A stretch of 62,000 nt of DNA from Amphiscolops sp. MND2022 (lineage: Eukaryota), in the NCBI GenBank assembly GCA_964187785.1, contig OZ076409.1, positions 2,542,001-2,604,000 of the forward strand, written 5' to 3'. Shown here piece by piece: positions 35,121 through 48,172 of this stretch. Position 1 is the stretch's first letter; each line of letters starts with the position of its first letter. The position numbers and the translations under genes were made by a program. The notes beneath the pieces were generated by a model, which worked only from the letters and a program-made list of their open reading frames with translations, made no database searches and was not told the origin of the DNA.

Positions 35121-38100
35121 TGTATTAGCGATTTCAGTTATTTGACAGGTGTGGATTTCAAATTTTGTACTATCATTGTCTTTTGTAGATTTAAGGTCTA
35201 CTTGATTTATTCTGTTTTGTTGTCGGTTTCGTGCGGGTGTTCTAGATCGTGATCTAAAATCTCTAGGTCTTGATGGAGATCTATATGGATAATTATATCG
35301 TTTAAAGGAGTTTCCTTGTGATTGGGAACGAGATCTGTATCTTGAGCGAGAGTTATATCTGTAATTTGAGTTATTTCTGTATGGAGATCTATATGGAGAT
35401 CTAGATGGAGTTCTTCTTTGATAATAATCATCAAATTGAGATCTATACGGATGTCGAGATCTATTGTAATATCTTTGTCGAGAATTTGATCTATAGTTGT
35501 TTTGCGAATATTCTCTACTATTGCTACGATATCTATCATTATTTTTGTATCTATCGTTATAGTACTTTTGATTATAAGTATTACGATCATTATTTGAGGA
35601 GTAAGTATTTGTATTGTCATTTCGAGTTTCTTGTGAGTTGTTGGGTTTACTGCGAAAATATTGTACAAAAGATTGTTGAGGAGTTCGTGATCTTTGGTTT
35701 TTATATTTTTGGTATTCGTCTTCACGTTGTTTTTGATAACAGTTTGAAATACTATGATTCTTTTTGTGACAATAGTTACAATATTTTTTAAAAGATGGTT
35801 TGCTTTTGTTATTTGGGTCTCCAGATTGAGTAACCATTATATGATCTTCATGTTCAAGTTCTGTTTTGTTAGAATCATCTTTAAGCGATACTTTGTTTAT
35901 TTCTAGAGCTAAGTCGTTAGTTCTAATTTTTTCATTAGCAATGTCTTCAGAATCGACCTGTCTAACAAGTGTGTGAAATGGTATTGAAGGCTCAAGTAAT
36001 GTCGATACATGTTTGACTTGTCGTTTATGGGCAAAATCTTTTTTTTGGGTAATCCTTTTGTAAAGATTTCATTATTTTTGAGGTTTATGGTAGCTGCATT
36101 TTCATTACACCATCCCTTTTTAACTAATTGTTGTACTCTAAGGGCGAAGTGGCGTACTGTTTCATTATCTTATTTCATGAGGGACATAGCTTCTATTTGA
36201 GCGTAGTAAGCTGTTTTTTTGAGATGAAAATTGTTTTTTGAATAATTGTACGAAGGAGTTCCATTGTTGTTTATATGATATATGAAGGTTAGTATACCAA
36301 TCGAGAGCTGTTCCAGTTAAAGAACATTGTATGTAAGCCATGCGTCTATTATGCCAGGATTTGTATTTTATAGGATTATTCTGAGGTTCTTCACCTATGG
36401 CGAAGGTTAATCTAGCTTCGACTTGTTGTAGATATTCTTCTGGGGTATAATAAAGGTCTAAACCATCAAAAGGTTTCATAGGTTCTGGTATTGAAGCGGA
36501 CATGTTCATAAAAGTATCTTGTGGCATTGGTAAGTACTGGAGTGGAGGAGCAAATTGTTGTGTGAGTTGAGGAGATATACGTTGAGTTGTATTTTGTGGT
36601 AATGGATTTGGATTTGGATTAGGATTTGGATTAGGATTTGGATGCATTTGATACAAAGGATCAGTTGGTATATGTGTAAGTGGAGGGTTTTGAAGTCTTC
36701 TTAGAGAAGATTGTGTGGTATGAGAATAAGAAGTTTAAGGATACGAAATTCTTTGATTTTGAGAAGATATATTCTGTGAAGTACTGGTATGTGATTATCA
36801 AATTGAGAGTGATTTTGATTGATATTTCCATTTATATTTGTATTTGATGGAGGATAAAAATTATAATTGAAAGGATCGTAACATTGATTGGAAGTTTGAG
36901 GATTATCATTACAATTATTGTTTGAAGAAATCGATCTAGTTGAGCGGAAGGCAGAAGGAATTGATGGAGGATCATATCTAGGTCGAGTAATGTATCTCGT
37001 AGAGTCAGGAATAGTTCTTGTTGGAGATGCAACATTAACAGAAGTATTTTGAGCGTGAGATGTGGTTAGAATATCTTCATGTACTGTGTCATGAGTTTCG
37101 TCGTGTGGTGTTTCATCTGTGTATGGAAGATTGAAAGTTATATTGCAGTTTGGAGATGTATCTAAATGAGATTGAGGACTTTGTGTATTTTGTCTTTGAT
37201 TTACAACTCTAGTTGGAACTCTAAAGGATTGAGTGTGTGTTGATGTTGATGTTCCTGCTTGTGATGCATTTTGTGTTGAAATTGTAGATTCTTGAGTAGT
37301 AAACTCATTATCATTATAGTTTTCATTTTGATTTTGTTGTGGGAGTGTATTTTCATTATTGGTATGATCATCTTCAGTATAATTATTAGTATTAAACTTT
37401 AGGCTTTGTTGAATTTGAGGATTTTGCTCATAGTGATAAGGTCTATTGTCTGCAAATAGATCATTTTCTGTAATTAATAGAGGATCAAAACGTATGTAAT
37501 CTAAAGTTTGTTTTGTAATTAGTTGTGGTTTATGAAAATAAGAATGTTTATTTTGTTCACTGATGATGAATGGTAAACATTCTTCAGCTGTAAAATGATT
37601 TGGAAATGCTGTAAAAGCAGGTTGATCTTGTTGTGACCATAATAGTTGATAATTGAATCTGAAGTATTTTCTGAGGAATAGAGATATTACTTTGATCTGA
37701 GGAATTGTTTGGTCATTTAATGTTAGGTCTTTGAAATAATGGTAGAGGAAATTTTGTATTCGTAATATATCAGTTTGTAACCAATGATGAGGATTGTCTT
37801 CAGGATTAACTAATCTTTCAATTAGTTCTACTTCGAAATTATTTATATATCGTTCAAGTTCGTCAAGTGCATTTGGACTAAATTTTGGAGTTTCAAGTGC
37901 TATGTTATGATCTTTCACATTGTTTAAAAAAGCATGAAAAACTTGTTTAATAGGAACTTGGAGGTTTATTGGGTTTATTGTTCTTCTGTATAAATGAGAT
38001 GAATTAGGTCTTTGTTGAGGAAAGGAGATTTGAAAGGATGGGTATTCTGTAGTGATAGTTAAAACTTTGTATCTAATATAGAAGAGGTATGTGTCCAAAT

Positions 38101-38281
38101 GTTCTCTAATAAGGGGTATTGTTTCAATTGTTTGAGGTTCATTTTCAAATGGGAGTGGTTGTGTATAATGGGAAATATTGTTTTGTAGAAATGGGTTTAG
38201 TTCTAATTTTACAACTTTTGCATTCTTAATGACGGGAGTTTGAAAAGGTAGAAAGGTTGTTATTGAGGAGTTCATTTTCAA
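35121..38281 (-). pseudogene. gag: gag of element B: long N-terminal region, capsid-like domain, CCHC knuckle, RS-rich tail (frameshifted)
   Basis: ORFs 36701-38281 and 36165-36656 (PMKPFDG..EEYLQQVE..LTGTALDWY..F.QLFKKQF); CNYCHKKNHSISNC; RSPYRSPYR / RSRSRTP. Confidence 0.85.
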
Positions 38282-39619
38282 AGTTTATCTCTTATCACTG
38301 TAAGAATTTTTTCAGAGAGAATACAAACTATAAATAAGACACAAAACGTGTATGTTGTGATGAGCACTACTGTGGTAACTTTTTCCCACATGTTATAATA
38401 TGAAGGTTGAAACGTTGAAAATGATTTTTGATTGAGATCGTTTAAGTTGGAGCTCTTGGGTAATGTCTTTGTTGATTTATGATAAAGAAAAAATATTGTT
38501 GGTATTGTTCAATCAGTCTTTCAAAATCGTCTGATGTAGGGTTTTGAAGGGAGCTAATTGGTGGGATGTAAAAATTGAAAGGATGAATTATTTGAGTGTT
38601 TATGTTAGGGTTCATATATTATGTGTTTTAACAAGAAATTGAATTTAAATGGGATGTTAACAGTTTTGAATAGAGAAGAAAGAAGCGGATGCAATAGAAT
38701 CTGTATTCAACCTCAAAGGATTGCTAACAGAAACTAGGTGTGATTTTAAGTCTGGATTACTTTAAAGTGTCTAACATAAGGTTATTGATACTTCCAGAAA
38801 AGCTAAGGTTGTTTTAATTTTAAGTGGAATATGTGTTTTAAGACTAAGGGAGTGGAGCTCTGAACAATCAACGTCCACTGTCCAAAGTCTGATCAATACT
38901 GATCAAGATCAAAGTTTGATCTTTGTTTCCTTTACTTTTACTTTTAGTTCCTGAGAATTTTGAAGATTCGAACGTAGTTCGGTGTCCTCTCGATTCTCCT
39001 TAAAGACGTTTACACTTAACTAAGGGTTTTTAGTTAGCCTTAGAATCAGAGTAAGTTGGGGAAGCTGTCTGATTGTCTAAGTCTTACGGGAGGGGATAGG
39101 AATTGCGGGTGCCTGAAAGTAGAAAACTACCTTTTCAGTGTCTGTGTTATTTACATGCCTTATTTTAAGTTTTAGGGCAAAAGTATTGTGAGAATTGTAA
39201 GTTGTTAAAATAACTGTTTTGTAGAATTATGTTAAAATTGTTGTTGTTGAAAGTAGTATATATAAGATTAAGTGTAGATTGTGTGTTATTTTTCTTGTGT
39301 TGTTTAAGTTTTTGAAATTATTTGTATTGTTTGGCAACAATTGGAAAAGAAATGAAATAGGGCGTGGTTGCTTTTTGTAGATAGTCTTAGTTGCCTTTTA
39401 TTTTTGTATTCAGAGTCTTTTTCTGAAAACTATTTTTCAGAGAATTTTTGTAGGAAATGGATCCAAAACGAAAAAGTAGAAAATCCAGGTTTTCTGCCAA
39501 CACGAAGTTGATCTTGAGACGTATGTGCTTATAGGTGAGCGAAGCTGGACATGCACTCAGTCAACTATTACACCAGGAGTCCACCTGACGTTCAAGATAG
39601 CAGTATTGAAGAAAGTTGC

Positions 39620-39900
39620 TGTGTCGAAGGTGTTAGAAAACCTTGATAAACGAGACGAACATCAAAGAACTGTTTCAACAGCTCCCGGATTAGCTGTGAT
39701 AAATCAGTATAGAGAACAGAACTGTGTCACTTGTGGATAAATCAGTTTGGAAAGAGAAGAGAAACAGAACTGTGTCACAATGGATAAATCAGTCTGAAAT
39801 GGAACCGTTTCGACGTGTTAGAAAACGTGATAAACCGGTATGGCAAGAAGAGTAGAAGGGAGAACCGTGTCAACGTGTTAGAAAACGTGATAAACCAGTA
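39620..39900. repeat. Imperfect 50-60-bp tandem repeats in the 5' UTR of element B
   Basis: ACAGAACTGTGTCAC..TGGATAAATCAGT x2; GTGTTAGAAAACGTGATAAACC x2 with a 60-bp period, plus a variant near 39630. Confidence 0.8.
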
Positions 39901-40120
39901 GTGAAGAAAATTTGTTATAATTTAATTGATTGTTGTAGTTGAGAAATTGTATGTCTTACGATGATGTATTTATTGATGAAATTCAGAAAGTCACAGACTA
40001 GATTTTCAAGAAATTCTAGAAAGATTTCACTGCAATTCCAGAGAATTTCAAAGATGGAGAGTGGTATTTGTATTATTGTTGAGAGAAGAGAAATCATCCA
40101 GGAGAAAAATGCAAAAAATT

Positions 40121-40135
40121 TTACAAGTCGCACCA
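40121..40135 (-). promoter_or_regulatory. Primer-binding site of element B (TGGTGCGACTTGTAA)
   Basis: TGG (complement of tRNA CCA) 3 nt from the 5' LTR end; cognate tRNA not identified. Confidence 0.7.
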
Positions 40136-40138
40136 AAT

Positions 40139-40407
40139 TGTGCTGCTTTTAATGGTTGGTTATTTCTGATGGTGGTGTTATTCACAACTACTAAAAGCGG
40201 CTAAGAGACAGGCTAGCTAGCTAACTTTATTACAACTAGTTCGAGGTGTTAGAAGTAGAACAAAAGGGAATTCAACCAAAGACTGATTATTAGTTTTCTC
40301 TCTCTGAGGGAGTAGAGACTTACAGTCATTCAATAATAAATAAATGTACATTCTAGAACATTCTATAAACATCTAAATACTATTGGTTATTATTGTAGAT
40401 CAGTACA
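40139..40407 (-). repeat. 5' LTR of element B
   Basis: Direct repeat of 22205-22473. Confidence 0.97.
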
Positions 40408-41059
40408 ATGTTTTGATTTACTCAAGAAGTAACTTTCAATCATATTTTGAAACATTGACACATTTCAAATAATTTTGGCGTTGTAATTATTCTGAAGCAA
40501 AAAATCATCAGCATTATCGTCTACTTGAACAATCTTAATTAGCTTTTGCAAAGACAAGCTTTTGAAAGACAAGTTTGCTATAAGATTGTATGATTGACGG
40601 CTCTTTTCTGCCCCCCCCCCCGCCACCAAAATTTTTGGAAGTAAATTTCGTTAAAAACTTTAGACTAGCCTAATTAAAAGTAAAACGTTCTTTCATAGCA
40701 GGAAGTTAACTTCTGTTAGAGTAGTATTCTGCTTGAACAAAACATTGTTCACACATTTTGACTATAATTATGCTCGTATTAAGTGTTTTTTCGATGACTC
40801 AAAACCGGAAGCTGTTGATTTCTTCATCCAAAATGCGTGACTATAAATTGAAGAAGTGTGAACAAAGTTTGCATCTGAATTCTAAATTGTCACACTGAGA
40901 ATAAATGTAAAATTGAAGCTTTCTGGTTTGTATTCGAAACATTTTGTTATAAGATTTTCATTAATTTTTCAATAAACATTTAGTGGTGGGGGGAAACAGA
41001 AAAGAGCCTGATCGACAAAACTTCCCATGAAAAAAATGTCCCGACTATGTTTCATATTT

Positions 41060-41457
41060 GGATTCTCAGAAAACTCAACACAAGAAAACTCAACACAAAA
41101 AAACTCAACACACGAAAACTCAACACACGAAAATTCAACACATTTTAAGCATTTTTTAATCGTGATATAAATTATACATGTATATTCCTTGTTCGTTCTG
41201 CTCATAATTTATGCATTTGACACAATTTTCCCAAATTTTTCCAAATTTGTGTTTCCGCTTAAACATTTTCTCTGAAATGATGAATTTTTTGTGTGTTTGA
41301 AACGAGTCGCAATCATGACTAGGTGTAAAGGAAATTATACGGCTTTAACAATTAGTTAGATTTTGAAAATTAAACTCGATTGAGGTGTTAACTGTATTTA
41401 ATTAAATGTGTTGAGTTTTCTGTGTTGAGTTTTCATGTGTTGAGTTTTCCGTACCCC
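41060..41457. mobile_element. MITE with inverted ends made of ~15-bp AAAACTCAACACA subrepeats
   Basis: 5 copies of AAAACTCAACACA on the left, 3 copies of TGTGTTGAGTTTT on the right; possible TSD CATATTT/CTTATTT. Confidence 0.75.
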
Positions 41458-41779
41458 CTTATTTGTTCCCCAAACGGTCACAGAGAGCAAACTACAGAAA
41501 TTTCAAATGCGATTAAGTTGATATCATTTCCGATAAAACGTTAGTCCAATAAAATAGAAGATGTCGGCATAATATTTTCGTTACAATGATTGACAGTTGA
41601 AAGTTGCTCATTGGATTTTACAACGGATTTAAGAAACGGCCCTTTTTTTACAACTTTCCGAGAAATCAAAAATTCCCAAATATTTCATTTCGAATTATTC
41701 AGCGTGTTCTAGATGCATCGGGCTCGAATTATGTCGCTGATACCTTTGCATAAGATTGGCCTGTCTTAACAATCATGTA

Positions 41780-42535
41780 TCAGGTGAACCAAACAAACGG
41801 AAAGCATAAAATTTCGTGCTCTCAAAATGTCAAATATTTGTCAACAAAATGTTTCCAAACAACTTTGAACGCTTAAATTCGGCTTATCAATCGTTCAATT
41901 TGACAACATTCCTTTCAAACATTCGAATGTCAAACAACTTTCACACATCAGGAGGGCAAACAAAGCGAATGTTAAAGATTTCAAGAATTTCACTGAGGAC
42001 TGATATCATCTCTTGTTGAAGATTTGATTAGGCGATGAGAGCTCCGATTTGAAAGATTGATTGGACAATTTTCTGCGCCTTGTTTACAAATGTTACAATG
42101 TTGAAGAGCGAATTTGTTGTGCATTCCGTTTTTTGGTTCACCCAGTATATGAAACGTCACATGAATCCATGCAATACCAGGAGAACAATGAAACACGGAA
42201 CGCAATGAAAACTTCGGTCTTTCGAAGTTTCAAATATTTGTGAACAAATGTTTCAGATCAACTCTGAACATTTAAATTCAGCTGGTCAGTCATTCACTTT
42301 GACAACTTTTCTTCTAAACCAAGAAACGTTCCCGCATCCAAAGTGTGCACAAAACGGCCGATAAAGACTCTGGACTTTTTCTGAAGGTTGGAATCATTCT
42401 TTCTTGAAGATTTGATTACGTAAAAGGAGGATGATTAACAGAAAAAGAAAGATTATCAGTGTTTTTTGAACGCATTGTACAACATTGGAGCTTAAATACT
42501 TTGAGCATTCCGTGTTTTTTGTTCACCAAGTACTA
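41780..42535. repeat. Old diverged tandem duplication, unit ~390 bp
   Basis: CAAATATTTG..AACAAA..TTAAATTC..TTTGACAAC, TTGAAGATTTGATTA and GCATTCCG..GTTCACC.AGTA each recur ~385-395 bp apart. Confidence 0.75.
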
Positions 42536-44594
42536 TATTGATGTCCCAGGCTGCCGCCTGTGACGGGATCAAATACACGACCTCTACATACGAAAAAGAA
42601 ATCGCACCGGGAATTCTCCCGATCTCTTAAAACTAAAACTTTCACGATATTAAAACGATTTAGCTTGTTTTACTATGATATGCATTGTTGTATTTGAAAA
42701 TAGCATTGCATTTGGATATGATATTAGTCGGTTATATGTTACGGTCTGAAAAATTCAGATCATAAGTTGGATTCACTAAATGTAGCCAATTATCGATGAA
42801 TTGTGAATGAATTGAGTTAAGCAAGTTTATAAAATCGCTAAGAAGTACGGAAAGGATTTCAAATGAGCTCCCGTATTTTCACGGCAGTGATACTTACCAG
42901 CCCCTCATTAACCAATCATAGCCTTCCATTTTCACAAAGCAGTATAGCTCTTTGCCGATTACGGCCATTTGACTAGATGCTCATGTGAAGTAATCGCTAT
43001 TAGGCGAATGGCCGTTTCGGGTTAAACAAAGTGACAAGTATTCAAGGCTCTATGGCTACTTTTATAGTAATTAATTGAATGCTTAAGTGGTATTTTAATG
43101 CTTAGATAATCTGTTATTGTGGATTAACAGTATTATTCAGAGTGTTTGTTGCTAGCTGTAGTAGTAGCCATTTGTACCAGTCTCTGAGCCTAAGCCGGCA
43201 AACAAACTATGTTAGCCACCAGTCTACTAGTCTAGTAATGCTACTTTGTCATTGCTATATCAACATGTAATTTTGATACCTGATGCCTTCTGTGATCTTT
43301 TGACGTGCGTGCTTAGGCACGTGTCCAAGTGCGGTATCGCATACTTTGAATATTTCAGTGGAAATTGTTGATTTGAACCTGATATTTGTTTGAGGTCAGG
43401 TGACATATTTTTCCGAATATGTTTCTTTAAACTGAATTTCTTTAGTACTTTGATATATATGATGTTGGTGATATAGCAAAGAATTGTTGATGTTGATCAC
43501 GTGAAATAACTGGCAAATATGTCGAAATGTTGTTAATCATACATGTTAAAAAATGCGAGTGTCATGCTAACGGGAGTGTATATAGCCCTTACGCTCTCAA
43601 GCTGACACAACCTTGCAGAACCTTATTACCAATGAGACTCACTAAAAATTGTTTTTCTGAAAAACCTAACTAAGGGTTCTTAATCGGATATTCTTCATGC
43701 CTACTACCAGAAAGCAAAAAAGTAAAGCTAGAAAATCAAGAGAAGCTGATATGTTATGACTAATGCTAGGTAGCAATCACTTTGAAAGATAGGAAAGCGA
43801 ACTTACCCACTCGGTCCGAAAACCGGAAAGCCCCTAACTCAATGCCTTAACTCATCATGACCTGAACTCTAACACTGCCTCTCCTTCAAACTGCTCTTAA
43901 GTCCGGACAAGGACAAGTGCCCCGTAAGGGGTGAAACGTCCCAGCTGAGAGACAGGAATACAGATCCGAAAAAAACTTTTAATCCTAAGTTCAGAAGTAG
44001 CTCTAGAGATGAGTTCCCCCGAAGCCTCATTAGAGATGAGGACGAGAAGGGCACTCATGACAATTGTACATTCGAAACTTTGCGACGACGTTGCGCTATG
44101 CCACTTCGGTGAAAGCTATCTTGAAACCGCATAACATTACCGTTCTGAACTTCTCTCCATGAAATCACATGAGTTCAAATAAAAGTTGCAAGTTCAAATT
44201 CTATGTCGGTAGTAACAACAGGACAATTCGGACTAATATGAGAGCTGAATGGGTTTAGTCTGCTTCAAATAGGAGCGCATCAAATTGAGACCGAATTCAA
44301 CGCTTTTTTGTCATGTTGTAAAACCTTTTAAACTGTTTCAATTTTCTCAAAGACCATCGCTAGGTTTGACAAACAGTCTCTTTGTGGATGTCTGGTATTA
44401 GTGACAGTCATTCAAATTCAAGATTAGCGTTTCACTTCGCATAGTACTACCACAAACTGGACCATTTTTCTTATTCCCCCAGATATACCCTGTTTCTTGA
44501 AAATACATAATGTTTCTATTTCACCCAACACGAAAACAACTTTTATGCTTGAAAAAGTTCTTGCGCGAATGACACAAATTGATAAGAACATAGA

Positions 44595-46670
44595 TGTAGC
44601 ATGACGTCACTTCATTGAGTAATGTACATGTATACTAAAAATAGTAGCAATGACATTTTAGTATCTGTCAAAGATGCTACTGCTTGATACTGTGCTGAAC
44701 TTTTCATTAACCTTTATAAAACGCTTGCCGATTAGAATAGATTCTTCAGCACTACTCTTGTTCTTATCTTATTTCACAAGATACAACATGGCGCAGTAAA
44801 GCAAGATGGACGACCGCGGCAAACTAACACGAATGCGACAGCATGGCCAAGAATAACACAAGAAATACAACAAAAATGCGACGAATGTATTCCGTGCAAA
44901 ATGGCAGGTAAGAACATTAAACCACAATCACTAATGACTGAGAGTAATTATTTACCACCAATAGAGAACACAAATCAAGAAATCCTATTGGATTTCATTG
45001 GACCAATAAGATTTAAGCACCGGAGAAATCTTATATTACTTTCTATAGACCGGTACCGCAGATGAACGGCCGCGTGCATTTGTGAAGCCCCGACAGGAAA
45101 AACGGCAAAAAACTTTCTGGAATATTATGTTACACTAAATGTTTTACCACAAACCATCAGAACAGATAAAGGCACCGCCTTCACTAGAATTTAGAGAAAT
45201 GTGTAAATCTCTGAACATAAATCTAATATATGGAACATCATATATACATACACCAACCGGATTGGTGGAAAGAGGTATTAGAACGCTAAAAGAATATCTC
45301 AGAACGAATCTAGAAGAAGGCTACAATATAAACGAAGCACTAAGCCGTTCACTAAACCTAATGAGGACAACGGTCCATTCTAGCATAAAAGAAACACGGT
45401 TCGAACGCTGTTATGTCGGAAAACCACAAACGGAAATTCATAACTATTTAAATATGTCACCAAAAAAATATTATAATGTTTCAGCGAGACCGGAGACATT
45501 GCAAGTCTACACATTTACCAATGGGAACAGAGCTTACGACCAACTTGTAATGAAAGCCCCAAGAAAACTAAAAGAAGACGTGTAACAAATTCCCATACTT
45601 ATTTCTTGAAGAAAAAAACAGAACAAAGATAAATTTGAAAGTGCATACAAAAATAAACCACAAACCGCGGTGGAGGGAACAAAACACACAATAATAACAA
45701 AAAAAAAACAAAATAATTCAAAGAAAACGAATAAGCAAGCCATTGAACCCAATATTTCAGAACCAATTTTCACGACGGGGAGAAAACCCGAGGGGAAAAG
45801 ATGGAAAATTCTTACAACAAGGACAACTGGAAGAAGACACAGAGGACCTAGACGTAACGGCAGAACACTCAGAAAGATGCAGCACACCAGTACTAGAGTA
45901 CTAGAAGAAAACGTACCGGACAAAACACTGGAAATGGAAAACACAACAATTAGCCCAGTGTACGGCAGAGGCCGAAGAAAATTGATAAGAGACAGAAAAC
46001 CAAATGCAACCCCAACTCCAGGAAAGGAAATAAATGCAAGACCAGCCAGAGAAGACGACCCGAACGTGATTACAGTAGTGGACGAAAACGGTAATAATAA
46101 TTTATCAAAAACTGAAAACAAAGAAGAAATCGAAAACCGAAACGAACAAAATATACGAAAGTCAACTAGACTAAGAACAACAAATCCAATAAATAGATAC
46201 GGTAATCCAATCACGTTCTGACTATTACAGGTAACACCGTTAACAAATGGAGCGCAGAGGATAACCAGTAAAAGAGTCACGACGAAACGACCGGAAGATT
46301 TGAAGAAAGAAAATTCCGAAAGGAAAGAAGAAGAAGATTATACGGAACAAACCGTTTACAAAACATTCATGAACATTTGGACCATTCGGTGCTTTCATTA
46401 CCGTTTGAAAACTGAGTTTATTAGTGTATTGTCTATTTACGTTTATACATGTAATTGTCTCCTAAAGAGAGGGGAATGTGGCATGACGTCACTTCATGCA
46501 GTAATTTACATGTATACTATAAATAGTAGCAATGACATTTTAGTACCTGTCAAAGATGCTACTGCTTGATACTGTGCTGACCTATTCATTAATCTTTAAA
46601 ATACGCTTACCGATTAGAATAGATTCTTCAGCATTACTCTTGTTCTTATCTTACTCCACAAGATACAACA
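44595..46670 (+). mobile_element. Ty3/gypsy LTR retrotransposon C, internally deleted (integrase only)
   Basis: 194-bp LTRs at 44595-44788 and 46477-46670 (about 15 mismatches); PBS TGGCGCAGTAAAGCAAGAT (tRNA-Ser-like); PPT AAAGAGAGGGGAA; TSD ATAGA/ATAAA; WPRI..CDECIPC, LDFIGP, SIDRY, TGLVERGIRTLK. Confidence 0.93.
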
Positions 46671-47268
46671 ATAAATGACTGCCTCTAGAGTTCTTTTGAC
46701 TTGCAGAAAAAATTATCTGAACTATTGGATAAGTTTCTGAGAAAAAAATAAAAAAAATTCATCCCTGGAACAAGCTACAAGTGTATAGAAGAACCTCCAT
46801 TTTAACGCATAATTGCTCCGCCATAACATAAAACGTGCACTTTTCACTGTGAATCAATAAAGAAGATAGGATAATGTCGACACCACTTTTTTAATTGACA
46901 AAAACTTCAGAGCAAACGCTGTTGGTATAATGGTATTTTCCCGGCTTCGGGGTAAAACTGGTCCTAAAAACTTCTCATTCGAGAAAGTTCGGCTGTCACA
47001 ATCCACAAAGTGACTGTTCAAAAGACAACTTTCAAGGGCTAACCGAACCAGTTGTTCATAGCCCTTTCATTAGCTGTTCGCATTTTGAAACCAAACGTTT
47101 TGATGGAAGCGGAGTATTCCTGACGGCAGTGTGGCTGCAGATACACCCACTTTACTTTATAAGAAACTTTTAAAAGAATTTTGGAGAGGTGTTCTGAATT
47201 TATCAGGAAACGGAGACTCTTAGAATGTTCTTAAAATTCTATCGACCAGTAAGCTATTGAAATGTATA

Positions 47269-47940
47269 CAGTAGTGATATTTCTAAAAGCAACAAAAGGC
47301 AAATCTCAAAATTGAATATCTCTAAAACAGCAGCGATTTTCGAAAAATGATAAAAGTGAAAGTTTCTTAGATTTTTATCTAGTTTACAAATATGTTTGTT
47401 TGAAGATTATGCGATGAAAATTGTTACGATAGGCCATTTTTAGCAAAATTTAAGTCAAAATTGAGGTTTTTCTCACTTTTGGTCTAATTTTGCTGAAAAT
47501 TTCTGAAATTTGTTTTGTTCAATTGACCCCCCTGATTTAACTGAAGCCCCTGATGTAATTCGATTTATGAATCATCTTAAAATCGTAGAAAAAATGCGCT
47601 GTAAAATTAAACTTTTTCAAAAATACATGTATTAAGACATGATTTTGAAGTTTAACAACTTAAAACAAGCTCATGAGTATGCATACTTGAATGCAATTTA
47701 GAATATTCTCGAGAAAAAATTATATTGTCAGATTCGAAATGCTTGGGAGAGTTTTTCCGTCAAAATTATTTTGAAATCAAAAAATTGTAAGTGGGTTAAA
47801 AATTCAAAAAAGTAAAAATTGATGTTTTGAAAATCGCTCTCGACCAATGAAATGAGCGCGTGAGATCTTGATCGGCCAATGAGATTTGTTTATTTGCTTT
47901 CTTTACGCGTGCGATGTTGCTTCTTCTAGAATCACTACTG
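47269..47940. mobile_element. Tc1/mariner-type non-autonomous element (672 bp)
   Basis: TA|CAGTAGTGAT........AAGCAACA ... TGTTGCTT........ATCACTACTG|TA; 26-bp imperfect TIR and TA TSD. Confidence 0.8.
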
Positions 47941-48172
47941 TAGATAAACCTTGAAAACTACATGTAATCATCTCTAATCGCTTACACTTCACACATTTCA
48001 GCGAGCAATTAGCGACTGCGTTGCCACGTGCTTTTGAGTCCATCCGATTACGTCATCCAATGAACTTTGCCCTGTTTTTGAGTTTGACAGTCGTGACATT
48101 AGCCGCTTGCTAATTTAAGTGAATTGATGAAGTAGAATAAATTGTAGAATAAAATGCAGGCAATGACTTTTA

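Larger units (their letters stand above)
22205..40407 (-). mobile_element. Env-bearing Ty3/gypsy LTR retrotransposon B (18.2 kb; endogenous-retrovirus-like), full-length but mutated
   Basis: 269-bp LTRs at 22205-22473 and 40139-40407 (5 mismatches), TG...CA ends, 4-bp TSD ATGT; order gag-PR-RT-RH-IN-ORF-env-ORFs. Confidence 0.97.

Noticed and set aside
43905..43945. Possible minimal hammerhead ribozyme (GCCCC-GTAA-GGGGT-GAAACGTC)
   Set aside because: The CUGANGA core reads AGGACAAG and no stem I could be paired
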